From an uncultured Dehalococcoidia bacterium (GTDB lineage: Bacteria > Chloroflexota > Dehalococcoidia > Lucifugimonadales > UBA3495), in the NCBI GenBank assembly GCA_950072105.1, contig CATMOE010000038.1:1-36359 (forward strand): a stretch of 36,359 bases of DNA, read 5' to 3'. The notes beneath the pieces are model-generated. The model did not search any database and was not told the DNA's origin. It saw nothing but the letters and a program-made list of their open reading frames with translations. Positions within the stretch are counted from its first letter, which is position 1; each line of letters starts with the position of its first letter. Below are positions 1 to 10,192 of the stretch, in pieces. Position numbers and translations under genes: made by a program.

Positions 1-251
1 TAGTAGATATCCTTCAGGCCGATGGGAACCCCGTGCAGGGGACCGATGCTGCCGCCCTTCTCAAGTTCCTCTTGCTTTTGCTGGGCGTCGGCCAATACCG
101 CTTCCCGGTCCAGGTACACCCACGCGCTGAGGCCGGGCTCCAAAGCGTCATATTGGCTGAGCAGCGATTCCACCAACTCAACCGGCGACAGATCCCGGTT
201 TTTGATACGTTTTGCCGCCTCGTTGGCTGTTAAATTGAAGTGCTCGGTCAT
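1..251 (-). CDS. Amidase-signature (GatA-like) protein, N-terminal part; runs off the left edge
   Basis: Not in the ORF track. Manual translation from the ATG at 251 gives MTEHFNLTANEAAKRIKNRDLSPVELVESLL...GPLHGVPIGLKDIY, a typical amidase N-terminus with the catalytic-Lys motif. A G-rich RBS lies upstream. Confidence 0.9.
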   Translation of the reverse strand, partial: MTEHFNLTANEAAKRIKNRDLSPVELVESLLSQYDALEPGLSAWVYLDREAVLADAQQKQEELEKGGSIGPLHGVPIGLKDIY

Positions 252-376
252 GTATTCCCCCTTGTGTCTGATTCATTGGGTTATTAGTTACCGGTTACCT
301 CGTCTCAAAAGTCACGGCTTATAAGGCGATATGTCGAATGTGATATTGGGACCGCAGATTGTCCCTCTAGGAACCA

Positions 377-488
377 GAGATTCCTCTTCGCTTCGCTCAT
401 CGGAATGACAGGAGTCGTCACTCGTCGGAACGACAGTTATTGTGGCTTCGGTGTCCCATTTGTCACCCCGAGCGCAGCGAGGGGTCTC
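377..488. repeat. Cluster of TGTCA-tagged REP-like palindromic units (inverted pair plus a partial copy)
   Basis: 377-410 reverse complement is TGTCATTCCGATGAGCGAAGCGAAGAGGAATCTC; 461-488 is TGTCACCCCGAGCGCAGCGAGGGGTCTC; a partial copy lies at 416-435. Confidence 0.8.
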
Positions 489-498
489 AGGTTTGGGT

Positions 499-792
499 TC
501 AACTGGAGTACCAACGAAGGGCCACGTCCTCCCACAGCGGATTAACTGACTCTACGAGAGCAACCTTTTTGCTCCTGCGCCAAGGTTTCAACTGCTTTTC
601 CCTGGCAATCGCGGCTTGAACGTCCGAATTATCCTCATGGTATACCAGCTTCGTGACTTTGTATTTCGATATGAAGCCAGCAATTAACCCAGACTTGTGC
701 TCGAACACTCTACGTTCCAGATTGTGAGTGACCCCCACGTACAGCGTTTTGCCACGGCTTGCCATGATGTAAACGTAGTACCGATGTGTCAG
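499..792 (-). CDS. Stand-alone GIY-YIG nuclease family protein
   Basis: YYVYIMAS..TLYVGVTHNLERRVFEHK...AIAREKQLK.WRRSKK..LVESVNP.WED. The track start at 894 overlaps the amidase, so the probable start is the CTG at 792. Confidence 0.88.
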   Translation of the reverse strand: MTHRYYVYIMASRGKTLYVGVTHNLERRVFEHKSGLIAGFISKYKVTKLVYHEDNSDVQAAIAREKQLKPWRRSKKVALVESVNPLWEDVALRWYSS

Positions 793-814
793 AGGGTCGA
801 TTCGGATTTCAAAA

Positions 815-2230
815 CTAGATCGGTGGCCTGCGGGTATGCCAATCGGTGGCCTGCTCGTAGGCGTGGGCCACCCGGAACAAAGTACCTTCGTCAAATGGCT
901 TGCCCGCTATCTGGAATCCGACCGGCAGATTCTGGCTGGTAAAGCCGCAGTTTATGGACAGAGCCGGGGTGTTGGCCACGTTGAAAGGGGCGGTAAAGCT
1001 GCGGCGGCCGGCCAATCCGTCCAGCACCTCCTGTTTGCTGCCGATTCCAGCTTTAGTTGGTATCGGAGAGGCTGGTATGGAGGATGTGGGCATGACCAGC
1101 ACGTCTACTTTCTCCAGCGCGTCCAGAATCTGCTGCCGCAAAACTTGCCGTAACTTGACCGCTTTTTGGTGCGCTTGGGCGGGTATGATGCTTCCGACCA
1201 GCAGCCGAATTTGAATGTTATGGTCGTACTCTCCAAGATGTTCGTCGATGCCTTGCCGGTGTACTCCGGCGGCGTCGGTCAGGATGATGGTATTGGATAT
1301 GGCCGCGGAATGGACGATGAGGGGTATGGAGACTTCTTGGATGTCCGCGCCCAACTCGCCCAGGACCGCTATCGCCTGGACCACGTTATCTCGTACCTCC
1401 GGATCCACGGCTTCAGTGTCGACCCGTTCCTGGATAACGCCTACCTTCAGTCCGCGAATCTCGCCGGTTAGCATGGACAGATAATCGGGCACCGGCACAT
1501 CCCAGGTGGACGGGTCTTTCGGGTCGTATCCGGCGATGGCCCCCAGTGTCATGGCGCAATCGGCGGTGGTGCGGGAGATAGGTCCGACTGTATCCATGGA
1601 CCAGGAAGCTCCCAACACTCCGTAGCGGCTGACCCGGCCCCAACTTGGCCGGATGCCCACTAAGCCGCAGAAAGAGGCGGGACCCCGGATGGACCCGCCA
1701 GTGTCCTCACCCAAAGAAGTGGCGCAAAGGAAAGCGGCGGTGGCGGCCCCGGAACCACTGCTGGACGTCCCCGGGTTTCGCGATAGGTCCCAGGGATTAT
1801 GGGGAGTGCCGAAGGGATGAAAGAAGGCATCGCCCATGGCGTATTCACTCATGTTCAGCTTTCCCAGCAATACCGAGCCGGCGGCTTTCAGGTTGGCCAC
1901 CACGGTTGCGTCCTCGTTGGGGACCAAGTCTTTGAGGATGGCCGAACCACCGGTGGTGCGAATGCCTTTGGTGTAGAACTGGTCCTTCACCGCGACCGGC
2001 AGTCCGTGCATGGGTCCTCGATAGTTGCCGGCGGCTATCTCTTTCTCGGCTTGCTGGGCCTCGGCCAAGGCTTCGTCCCGGCACACAGTGATGTAAGAGT
2101 TCAGCTTGCCGTCTATCTGTCCGATGCGGTCCAGATACGCCTCGGCTGCCTCAACCGGCGAAACGTCACCGGATCTTATCAGCGCCGACAATTCGGTGGC
2201 TGGTAGAAACGGAATCTCGGTCGAATCCAT
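815..2230 (-). CDS. Amidase-signature family protein (GatA-like)
   Basis: Lys-cisSer-Ser triad motifs VAVKD, GTSSSGS and LGEDTGGSIRGP; C-terminal LPVGFQI; GGAG RBS. Confidence 0.93.
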   Translation of the reverse strand: MDSTEIPFLPATELSALIRSGDVSPVEAAEAYLDRIGQIDGKLNSYITVCRDEALAEAQQAEKEIAAGNYRGPMHGLPVAVKDQFYTKGIRTTGGSAILKDLVPNEDATVVANLKAAGSVLLGKLNMSEYAMGDAFFHPFGTPHNPWDLSRNPGTSSSGSGAATAAFLCATSLGEDTGGSIRGPASFCGLVGIRPSWGRVSRYGVLGASWSMDTVGPISRTTADCAMTLGAIAGYDPKDPSTWDVPVPDYLSMLTGEIRGLKVGVIQERVDTEAVDPEVRDNVVQAIAVLGELGADIQEVSIPLIVHSAAISNTIILTDAAGVHRQGIDEHLGEYDHNIQIRLLVGSIIPAQAHQKAVKLRQVLRQQILDALEKVDVLVMPTSSIPASPIPTKAGIGSKQEVLDGLAGRRSFTAPFNVANTPALSINCGFTSQNLPVGFQIAGKPFDEGTLFRVAHAYEQATDWHTRRPPI

Positions 2231-2327
2231 CGTGGGATCACTCCTTTATGGTCTGGCGCCAAAAATCGATGTGCTGGAAGATTGGGAGGTTGGGGAATCA
2301 CGCCCATTGTGCCCATGCGCGTTGAGC

Positions 2328-2354
2328 TTGTCAAATATAGGTTACTGATATAAT
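2328..2354 (+). promoter_or_regulatory. Sigma70-type promoter of glmU (extended -10)
   Basis: TTGTCA at 2328-2333 and TGaTATAAT at 2346-2354, about 90 nt upstream of the glmU start. Confidence 0.6.
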
Positions 2355-2442
2355 TGGCATTGAATCGGCGACGAATCATTAGCCGGAAATCTTGAGTAGA
2401 TTTGTCCGAATCGAGGCTTGGCGTACCGGAAGAGGTGACGAT

Positions 2443-3801
2443 ATGGACCAATGGGCCGGAGTGGTATTAGCGGCGGGTGATGGCGTAAGGATGAGATCGC
2501 GGCTCGCCAAGGTTTTGCACCGGGTGTGCGGCAAGGAGCTTATCCGTTACCCGGTGGATCTGATGAACCAACTGGGAATCGGCAAGGTGGTGGTAGTAGT
2601 ATCTCCCGGTAACAATGAGGCCGTTCGTGGTCTCTTGGGAGATAGTGTTGAGTACGTCATCCAACCGGACGTCAAAGGTACCGGCGATGCCCTCGGCAGG
2701 GCCGAAGGCCTTTTAAAGGGCCGGGCGCACAACGTCATGGTGTTGACGGCGGATGCCCCGTTAGTGCGGCCCGAATCGGTCAAGCCACTGATGGCAGCCC
2801 ACGTCGATTCATCACGTAACATGACGTTCCTTACCTGTAGATCCGGCTCGGCTAAGGATTTTGGCCGGGTGGTGCGGGACGAAAACGGGCAGGTGGTCGA
2901 GATTATCGAGGCCGCCGATAATACGGATACCGATAACGAGATTGCCGAGGTCAACGGCAGCGTTTATTGCTTCCGGGATAGATGGCTATGGGAAAGTGTC
3001 GAAAGCATCGGCGCCGCGCCGAACGGGGAAAAGTACATAACTTCCCTGGTGCGGATCGGTTCTTCCGGAAATTCCACCGTTCAAGCAATTTCCACCGAAG
3101 ATCCAGATGAGTTGATGGGAGTGAACGACCGGTTGCAACTCGCCCACGTAGAGGCGGTTCTTCGCCAGAGGATACGGGAACGATGGATGCTTTCCGGTGT
3201 CACGATGCCTGACCCTTCTACCGTTTACATCGACGCCGAGGCTACGATTGGACAAGATACGGTGATTTTGCCTAATACATCTATCATCGGACGCTCGGTC
3301 ATAGGGGAAGATTGCGAGATCGGTCCTAACTCGGTTATCCGAGATTCCAAGTTAGGCCGCGGCTGCCGGGCTACCGCCTCCGTGCTGGAGGAATCTACAA
3401 TGGAAGATGGAGCGAACATCGGTCCCTTCAGCCACCTTCGTCCCGGCGCTTACCTGGAATCCGGGGTGCATCTGGGGAATTTCGTAGAGGTCAAAGAGAG
3501 CCGCTTTGCCGCCGGCGCCATGATGGGCCATTTCGGCTACGTGGGAGACGCATCGATAGGCGCTGGAACTAACTTGGGAGCCGGCATGGTCACTTGCAAC
3601 TACGACGGCAAGGACAAGCACCGGACCGACATCGGCGAAAATGCGTTCATAGGCTGCGACACCATGCTGGTCGCTCCGGTGACCTTGGGCGCCGGAGCGA
3701 TCACCGGGGCTGGAGCTGTTGTGACCAAAGACGTTCCGGCGGGTAGACTGGCGGTGGGAGTTCCTGCTAAAATAAGAAGCAGGAATCCTGAGACCAACTG
3801 A
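2443..3801 (+). CDS. glmU: Bifunctional UDP-GlcNAc pyrophosphorylase / glucosamine-1-P acetyltransferase
   Basis: LAAGDGVRMRS..KVLH, GTGDA, GVNDR, hexapeptide repeats, GNFVEVK and CNYDG. ATG at 2443 follows a GAGGTG RBS. Confidence 0.96.
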   Translation: MDQWAGVVLAAGDGVRMRSRLAKVLHRVCGKELIRYPVDLMNQLGIGKVVVVVSPGNNEAVRGLLGDSVEYVIQPDVKGTGDALGRAEGLLKGRAHNVMVLTADAPLVRPESVKPLMAAHVDSSRNMTFLTCRSGSAKDFGRVVRDENGQVVEIIEAADNTDTDNEIAEVNGSVYCFRDRWLWESVESIGAAPNGEKYITSLVRIGSSGNSTVQAISTEDPDELMGVNDRLQLAHVEAVLRQRIRERWMLSGVTMPDPSTVYIDAEATIGQDTVILPNTSIIGRSVIGEDCEIGPNSVIRDSKLGRGCRATASVLEESTMEDGANIGPFSHLRPGAYLESGVHLGNFVEVKESRFAAGAMMGHFGYVGDASIGAGTNLGAGMVTCNYDGKDKHRTDIGENAFIGCDTMLVAPVTLGAGAITGAGAVVTKDVPAGRLAVGVPAKIRSRNPETN

Positions 3802-3857
3802 CCTCCTGGTAGGCAACATATACGAATCCCGATGGCGGCTCGTAGGCACCCAGGAGG

Positions 3858-5084
3858 GTGAGGGTTTTGGACACAGACAACGTACCATTAGCATTAATTC
3901 TCGCCGCATCCCTTCCGCTATTCTTCTTCTTCAGCCTGGCTCAGTACTCCGCTGACACACCGGGTAACGTCTTTAAAAGCCGGGCGTCTATTCGGCAGGC
4001 AGAGTTCATCCTCCGTTGGTGTGGATATGCCTGTGTCGTTGCTATGGCAGTATCGGGGCTGGCATTGGCCACCGGTTTCTTATCTGGTGTTTGGTGGCCG
4101 GTGTCCATCTTGTCTCTATCTCTCTTGGTTATTCTCCCGGCTATTGACTGGACCGCTTCTTATGTCGTGCTCCGGATTCCCTCGCAGGCTGACACGATCT
4201 GCCAACCCTTGATACGGTTATTGTCTGGCCGTAGACAATCGAGCCCGGCGGGCAATGGGCACGCTTCTAATGGCGCTGAGGGCCTTCGAGACGGTCAAAA
4301 CGAAGACTTCCCTGAAAATCAGGAGCCGGTCATCACGGAGGCGGATCTGGACAGCCTTGATCACCGGGACCGGGCGATGCTGCGGTCCATTCTTCGACTG
4401 GACGTCACCACGGCCCGGGAGATTATGGTGCCACGTTTGGATATGGTGGCCGTGGACATCGAGTCATCTCTGAAGCACGTAGCACAGCAGATGGTCGAAG
4501 GCGGACACAGCCGTCTTCCTGTCTTTGAGGAGTCTATCGACCACATATTGGGAATCGTACACTCTCGGGAAATCCTAGCCGCCATGGCTATAACTGATTC
4601 TGAGCAAAGCTTGCGGAACCTCGTTAATCCGGCATTTTTCATACCGGAAACGAAACGCTTGGATGACCTGTTGGAAGAGTTACAGGATATGGGCGTCCAG
4701 ATGGCCATAGTGGTCGACGAGTACGGTGGAACCGAAGGCTTGCTGACCATGGAGGACTTGTTAGAGGAGATCGTCGGGGAGATCGAAGATGAATTCTCCC
4801 GGACTCGGGAGTTAGAACTGATTCGTCTACCCGACGGCGATGTTCTGGTCCACGCGGGAGTGCCCACCGAAGATATCGAGGAGTTGTTCTCCACAACCAT
4901 TGACAGCGATGATGTGGATACGGTGGGTGGTTACGTTTATCAAGTTCTTGGGAAGATCCCATCCACCGGCGACGTGGTGGAAACGGAGCATCTGAGAATC
5001 GAAGTTGTTTCAATTTTAGGACGCCGGATACGCAAACTTCGAATCGGCCGTATCGGCGTGGACGCTTCGACTCCCTCCGGTTAG
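3858..5084 (+). CDS. Hemolysin/CorC-TlyC family protein (TM region, CBS pair, CorC_HlyC domain)
   Basis: AREIMVPR, HSRLPV, AIVVDEYGGT.GLLTMEDLLEEIVGEIEDE and DTVGG; hydrophobic N-terminus; GGAG RBS. Confidence 0.92.
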   Translation: MRVLDTDNVPLALILAASLPLFFFFSLAQYSADTPGNVFKSRASIRQAEFILRWCGYACVVAMAVSGLALATGFLSGVWWPVSILSLSLLVILPAIDWTASYVVLRIPSQADTICQPLIRLLSGRRQSSPAGNGHASNGAEGLRDGQNEDFPENQEPVITEADLDSLDHRDRAMLRSILRLDVTTAREIMVPRLDMVAVDIESSLKHVAQQMVEGGHSRLPVFEESIDHILGIVHSREILAAMAITDSEQSLRNLVNPAFFIPETKRLDDLLEELQDMGVQMAIVVDEYGGTEGLLTMEDLLEEIVGEIEDEFSRTRELELIRLPDGDVLVHAGVPTEDIEELFSTTIDSDDVDTVGGYVYQVLGKIPSTGDVVETEHLRIEVVSILGRRIRKLRIGRIGVDASTPSG

Positions 5085-5127
5085 TTAGTCCACTGTGTTC
5101 TTAGATCCCCGTTTAGCTCGTTAGAAA

Positions 5128-5162
5128 ATAGTGAGGGCGGGTTTTATACCCGCCCTCACTAT
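5128..5162. terminator. Bidirectional hairpin between convergent genes
   Basis: Perfect 15-bp stem ATAGTGAGGGCGGGT / ACCCGCCCTCACTAT with a 5-nt loop. Confidence 0.85.
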
Positions 5163-5186
5163 CTTATTGGTTGCTGTCTAGGTGGC

Positions 5187-6254
5187 CTACTTTTCGCCGA
5201 TCAACTCCCCGCTAACGATCAGCCGATGGTCGTAGACCAGTCTTGGCACGCATGAAACTAGATGTAGGGTAGCTTTGCCGGTGTCGTGAAGCGCCATTTC
5301 CTCTTGAGGTACTACCCGTGACGACGTGATGCGGTACAGGTATTGACGCTCCCCGTTCGACGTTACTACAAATACGTCTTCGCCGTTCTGCAGCATTCCA
5401 GGAATCTTGCTCAGGTTTAGGAACACCGAGCCCTCTCCCTGGATAGGGCTTTCCGTATGTCCGAAGAACCATCCGCTTCCGGCTTCGCCAGCATTGGCGG
5501 TTTCCGGAATATGGCCCACGGTGTTGGCGGGGGTTTCGTAGGCACGGCTTCCCCCCAGGTTCAGTATGGCCAGCTCATCGACCCCTGAATCCACATCGAT
5601 GGATGGGATAATAAGCCTGGTAGCCGGAGACCCGCTGCCCAAGGGCGATCCTTGGTTAAGATTCACCGCGTTGAACCCCTGGAGTAAGATCCGCTCCCTG
5701 TACGAGGCAGACTCGTAAGACAGGGGATTGCTCCAGAATGAAGCTTGCAGCGACTCCCCCGGGAAAAGCTGCTGATTGCTTATGGCCGAGAAGGGCATCA
5801 CCAGGAGCGGGTTGGATGACCCGCTCGCCGATACAGGATCTTCTCCCGGATCACCGGATGCGCCTCCGATAGCCACTTTAGGAGCCCCGGACCCCTCGGT
5901 CGACCCGCCATCCGTCCCGGTTCCTTGGACCGCTGGAGCTACCGCCTGACTAGACGATTGCCCTTCCGATTGTACCGGGCTCGAATGCGGGTACACGCCT
6001 TCTTGCGCTTGGTCGATTTGGGATTCGGTTAACGAGCCTTGGCTACCTGGACCGACGCTTGTTTTGGCGTTGGGGTTTGGGAGCGTGACATTTAGGCTAT
6101 CCAGGTCGGCATGGGCCTTGGCCGCATAGCCGTAGTAGGCTCCGCTGGTCGCCAGCAGTATTGCGCCAAAGACAAAAACAAATATTCCTGACACGTTGAA
6201 GAACCGGCGCTGCAGCCGTCCGCGGAGTAGTAGGTAATCGTATCCTGCTTCCAT
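5187..6254 (-). CDS. Sortase-domain protein with N-terminal TM anchor and S/G/P-rich linker
   Basis: RLIIPSIDVD, FFGHT (His), LHLVSC (Cys) and HRLIV (Arg); AGGAGGT RBS. Confidence 0.88.
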   Translation of the reverse strand: MEAGYDYLLLRGRLQRRFFNVSGIFVFVFGAILLATSGAYYGYAAKAHADLDSLNVTLPNPNAKTSVGPGSQGSLTESQIDQAQEGVYPHSSPVQSEGQSSSQAVAPAVQGTGTDGGSTEGSGAPKVAIGGASGDPGEDPVSASGSSNPLLVMPFSAISNQQLFPGESLQASFWSNPLSYESASYRERILLQGFNAVNLNQGSPLGSGSPATRLIIPSIDVDSGVDELAILNLGGSRAYETPANTVGHIPETANAGEAGSGWFFGHTESPIQGEGSVFLNLSKIPGMLQNGEDVFVVTSNGERQYLYRITSSRVVPQEEMALHDTGKATLHLVSCVPRLVYDHRLIVSGELIGEK

Positions 6255-6307
6255 TTCACCTCCTTTGTTTGGAATGCGACCCGTCTACACATTTACCCAT
6301 CGCATAA

Positions 6308-6345
6308 CCTTCGTGATGACTGATAGAAAAATAAAGTCACGAAGG
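6308..6345. promoter_or_regulatory. Inverted repeat (terminator or operator) upstream of the sortase gene
   Basis: CCTTCGTGA (6308-6316) and TCACGAAGG (6337-6345). Confidence 0.4.
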
Positions 6346-6386
6346 CCAGAGGGGGCTGTGCGCAGTTGGGGATTGCGGGGAGGGAT

Positions 6387-6599
6387 CTACCGGACCCGGG
6401 GAACGTGATTCGCGCCGGGAGTGATGGGCTCGTTCAGGTAGATGTCGCCGTTCCGGATCTTAACGTTGAATCCACATTCGGGGTTTGTGCAGACCCAGGC
6501 TTTGTAATGTACCGCCGCTCCTTGTCCACCATAGTCGGATAACGGTACCAGTTGGCCCACGTTACACTTTAGACATTTGGGTATAACGCCCGCTTCCAC
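6387..6599 (-). CDS. Small zinc-ribbon protein (70 aa)
   Basis: CLKC...CTNPEC; GTG start at 6599 after a GGAGGT RBS. Confidence 0.8.
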   Translation of the reverse strand: MEAGVIPKCLKCNVGQLVPLSDYGGQGAAVHYKAWVCTNPECGFNVKIRNGDIYLNEPITPGANHVPRVR

Positions 6600-6755
6600 T
6601 TTTACCACCTCCCATATCGGATTAAGGCCGAGTATATCATCGCCTTTCGGATGATACCAAGCAAAACGGAGACGGTGATTGACCATTTTGTTCAGATATC
6701 GTCCGCTTATCGGCCAGAAGCCTATGGGTTATTGAGGTAATTCATTACGTTATGT

Positions 6756-8351
6756 TCACTCCAGGAAGTCCTTTAGTTTACGAGAACGGGAAGGGTGGCG
6801 CAGTTTCCGAAGCGCCTTGGCTTCGATCTGACGAATCCTTTCGCGCGTCACGCCGAATTCCCGTCCGACTTCCTCCAAAGTCCGGCTGCGTCCGTCCTGC
6901 AATCCGAACCTCAGCTGCAATACCCTGCCTTCCCGCTCGGTGAGGGTGTGAAGCACCTCGTCTACCTGCTCTTTCAACAGTTGGAAAGACGCTGCGTCCG
7001 CAGGCGCGGGAGCGTTGCGGTCCTCGATGAAGTCTCCCAGGTGGGAGTCCTCTTCTTCACCGATGGGAGTCTCCAGAGAAACCGGCTCCTGGGAAATCTT
7101 CAGTATCTCCTCGACCTTCTCCGGGCCGATCTCCATGGCCTCGCCGATTTCCTCAGGAGTCGGTTCCCGGCCGTACTCCTGTAGCAGTCTGCGGTGTTGG
7201 CGCATGAGTTTGTTGATGGTTTCCACCATGTGCACCGGGATCCGTATTGTCCGGGCTTGGTCGGCTATCGCCCGGGTGATCGCCTGGCGGATCCACCAAG
7301 TCGCGTAGGTGCTGAACTTGTACCCCTTCCGGTAGTCGAATTTCTCGACCGCGCGGATGAGACCGATGTTGCCCTCTTGGATCATGTCCAGAAGCGCCAT
7401 ACCCCGGCCAATGTACTTCTTGGCAACGCTGACCACCAAGCGCAAGTTAGCCTCGGTTAGGTGGGCCTGGGCCCGGGACATCTCCGCGTGGATCCGATTG
7501 AAATAGGCTCTAAACAGAGGGTCTAACCGCTGGAGTTCGGCGTAGATACCCGGCTGCCTCAGGGTGGCATCCAGGTCGCTCAACTGGCAGTCTTCCAGCA
7601 CGTCGATGGCGTCGGGAGGCAGCAGCCAACTGTTCAAAGACAGATGCACCACTTGGATGTACAGACCTTCCAGTTCCTCACCCATCGATTCAGCGGCAAT
7701 GGCCAGCATCTCAGGAGACACCTCGGCGTCGATGGCCGCCCGCAGCTTTGGGTGGTCTGTAACCTGGGACAATGTAAGATTAGCCGGCAAACCCAACTGC
7801 TCGCCGAGGGCTGCCAAGAGTTGAGAAGACGCGATCAAACGGCGCAACAGGCCACAGGTGATTTCCCAAGGACGCGGTTGCCGGCTCTCAAGGCTGGTCA
7901 GTTCATTTTGCAGGGCTGTTAGATGCTTCCCGCCCTCAATCTTCCGGGCGAGGGAGCGTTCGTCTTTAGAGGTAAGCAGCCGGACCCGTCCGATCTCGCG
8001 CAAGTACATCCGTACCGGATCGTCCAGTACCTCTACGGTTTCTGTTTCCGGTTCCCAGTCCGAGTCCTCTTTATCGGACTCCTTCGAGGAATCGTCGGAA
8101 GCGTCGTCGGACGACTCCTTGGTCTTCTCGTCCGTAGCTGTCCCGTCCCACTGATCTTCTTGATTCTGGGCAACGAGGGTCGAGGGCAGATTAGCCAAGC
8201 CATTGGACTCACTGTTTGATTCGTCTTCCTGGCGGGCTTTCACACCGCGGAATATCTCCACGATCGCGTCGCCGTCGCCGTCGCGGGGCTCTTCGCTACC
8301 TTCCAGAAACTCTTCGGGGTTGAGACTGCTGTCACTCTTACGTCTTGGCAT
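6756..8351 (-). CDS. rpoD: Primary RNA polymerase sigma factor
   Basis: [57 protein letters not shown] and [20 protein letters not shown]. Confidence 0.98.
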   Translation of the reverse strand: MPRRKSDSSLNPEEFLEGSEEPRDGDGDAIVEIFRGVKARQEDESNSESNGLANLPSTLVAQNQEDQWDGTATDEKTKESSDDASDDSSKESDKEDSDWEPETETVEVLDDPVRMYLREIGRVRLLTSKDERSLARKIEGGKHLTALQNELTSLESRQPRPWEITCGLLRRLIASSQLLAALGEQLGLPANLTLSQVTDHPKLRAAIDAEVSPEMLAIAAESMGEELEGLYIQVVHLSLNSWLLPPDAIDVLEDCQLSDLDATLRQPGIYAELQRLDPLFRAYFNRIHAEMSRAQAHLTEANLRLVVSVAKKYIGRGMALLDMIQEGNIGLIRAVEKFDYRKGYKFSTYATWWIRQAITRAIADQARTIRIPVHMVETINKLMRQHRRLLQEYGREPTPEEIGEAMEIGPEKVEEILKISQEPVSLETPIGEEEDSHLGDFIEDRNAPAPADAASFQLLKEQVDEVLHTLTEREGRVLQLRFGLQDGRSRTLEEVGREFGVTRERIRQIEAKALRKLRHPSRSRKLKDFLE

Positions 8352-10192
8352 TATTTACCTCTGGCTATACTTTCTTGATATACGGAATTACGCGCGCTCT
8401 GGTTCAATCTTATCCGCTGGTTAACTTCAAGGACATCTAAATGAGGGTCCTCCATTATATCTGTCGAGGATTCCGAAAACCTGATCTCCTCTTCCGCTTT
8501 CAGATCTACTAGATACCGGGACTCCAGCCGGCCTACCACGTCCTGGAAAGCGACTAGACGGCGGTAAGGCTCCAGGGGAGGCATGTTTTTGTTCAAAAGT
8601 GTGTCCAGCCGGGCGGTCAATTCCTCATCTACCAACCCAGAAAGTGATGCCGCCGCCTCTTCCTGGCGGCCTTGGCACACTTTGACCCATTGATTGAATA
8701 TTTCCCGGTTTTCCAACTGGCGGAAATACTCGGGGAGTAGGCCCTCGGCCGTCTCTTCTAACTCGGGATCGTTGAGCAGAAGGGTGAGGCAGTATTCCTC
8801 CAGAGGGTCGCCATCGGGCGTTCCAAAAGCCGGCGTGGCAGCTTGGCTGGGCCGAGGTCGCGTTCTTCGAGTTTGCCGGGCCGCGGCGGGCCGGTCTATA
8901 GTGGCCTGCAACGTCTCCCTGGTGACTCCCAATTGGTCCGCCAACAACTGGAAATAGTGGTCCTGCTGGAAGGGCTCCGGCACTGCTTGGATGGAAGGCA
9001 AGACCACGCTCACAATTTGGGCTTTTCCTTGGGGTGTTGAAGCGTCCAATTGAACCGGCAACACCTTGAGCAGATATTCTATATAGGAAGGGCCTTCCTT
9101 GATGAGCTGGGTCCACTCATCCGGAGACCGGTGGATCAAGTCGTCCGGGTCCATTCCTTCCGGCATTACGGCGATCTTTAGGTTCAACATCTCGGGGCGC
9201 TGGAACAATGTTGTGCCCCGAGACCGGCCGGCTATCTGGGTTTGGAGCACCCGCCATGAAGACTCCAAACTACGAAGGGTGGCCTGCTGTCCTGCCACGT
9301 CGGCGTCCAGGGCCATCGTAACGTCGTTCGTCAAGCGGCGTATCTCCGCCACCTGGTTTTCGGTTAATGCGGTGCCCATGGACGCCACCACGTTATTGAA
9401 GCCCTCCTGATGGGCGGCGACGGCATCCATATACCCTTCTACAATCACTATGCCTTGCTGGCGAGCCGATTCCTTGGCCAAGTGAAGACCATAAAGGATG
9501 TGGCCCTTGTCGAAAACCGGTGTCCGCGGCGAGTTCAAGTATTTGGGTTGGGAGTCGTCCAAAGCGCGGGCGCCAAACCCTCCCAATCCACCTTGGCCAT
9601 TCCGGATGGGGAACATCAATCGGCTGCGAAACAGGTCGTGGTTCCAACCGTTTTGGGAGGTGCGTACGATCCCGGCTTGGTTCAGTTGCTGGAGAGAAAA
9701 TCCGTGTTTGACCAGATGGTTCTTCAGCGATTCGCCATCGGAGGGGCTGAGTCCAATCTCAAACTTTTCTATGGCCGGGGCGGATACCCCTCGCTTATCC
9801 AGATAGGCCCTGGTTTCAGCGCCCCTCGGGGATGCCAGCAACTCTTGAAAATAGGTCCGGGCCGACTCGTTGATGTCGTAGATGCTCTGGTTCTGGTTTC
9901 GCTTCTCCGGATTGGGCAGCTCTACGCCCGACTGCTGGGCAAGGTGTTTCAGGGCATCGCCGAACTCCATGTTTTCGGCCTTCATTACAAAGGAAAAGAC
10001 GTCGCCCCCAGTGGCGCAGGCGCCGAAGCATCGCCAAGACTGACGCTCGGGAAAAACAAAGAACGAAGGCGTTTTCTCTTCATGAAACGGGCAAGGAGCC
10101 TTATGGCTACGGCCGGAGCGTTGCAGCGTAGCGTAGCGGGACACGACTTCTAGGATGTCCAGGCGGCCTTTAATGTCGTCTACGACGGTCAT
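8351..10192 (-). CDS. dnaG: DNA primase
   Basis: [11 protein letters not shown]...CFGAC zinc finger, KYLNSP, VEGYMD and TOPRIM DAD.AG; TAATG coupling to rpoD. Confidence 0.97.
   Translation of the reverse strand: MTVVDDIKGRLDILEVVSRYATLQRSGRSHKAPCPFHEEKTPSFFVFPERQSWRCFGACATGGDVFSFVMKAENMEFGDALKHLAQQSGVELPNPEKRNQNQSIYDINESARTYFQELLASPRGAETRAYLDKRGVSAPAIEKFEIGLSPSDGESLKNHLVKHGFSLQQLNQAGIVRTSQNGWNHDLFRSRLMFPIRNGQGGLGGFGARALDDSQPKYLNSPRTPVFDKGHILYGLHLAKESARQQGIVIVEGYMDAVAAHQEGFNNVVASMGTALTENQVAEIRRLTNDVTMALDADVAGQQATLRSLESSWRVLQTQIAGRSRGTTLFQRPEMLNLKIAVMPEGMDPDDLIHRSPDEWTQLIKEGPSYIEYLLKVLPVQLDASTPQGKAQIVSVVLPSIQAVPEPFQQDHYFQLLADQLGVTRETLQATIDRPAAARQTRRTRPRPSQAATPAFGTPDGDPLEEYCLTLLLNDPELEETAEGLLPEYFRQLENREIFNQWVKVCQGRQEEAAASLSGLVDEELTARLDTLLNKNMPPLEPYRRLVAFQDVVGRLESRYLVDLKAEEEIRFSESSTDIMEDPHLDVLEVNQRIRLNQSARNSVYQESIARGK

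Noticed and set aside
815..2230. gatA
   Set aside because: No gatB/gatC neighbours, no GatA-specific SNL.R.DG motif, and a tandem paralog is present.
6240..6613. Sortase and zinc-ribbon genes both begin GGAGGT..MEAG
   Set aside because: The match is too short and largely explained by the RBS consensus.
9410..10153. Long antisense ORF over dnaG, and similar shadow ORFs (e.g. 13749-14417, 21989-22579)
   Set aside because: Alternative-frame shadows of confident genes in GC-rich DNA, with no motifs.
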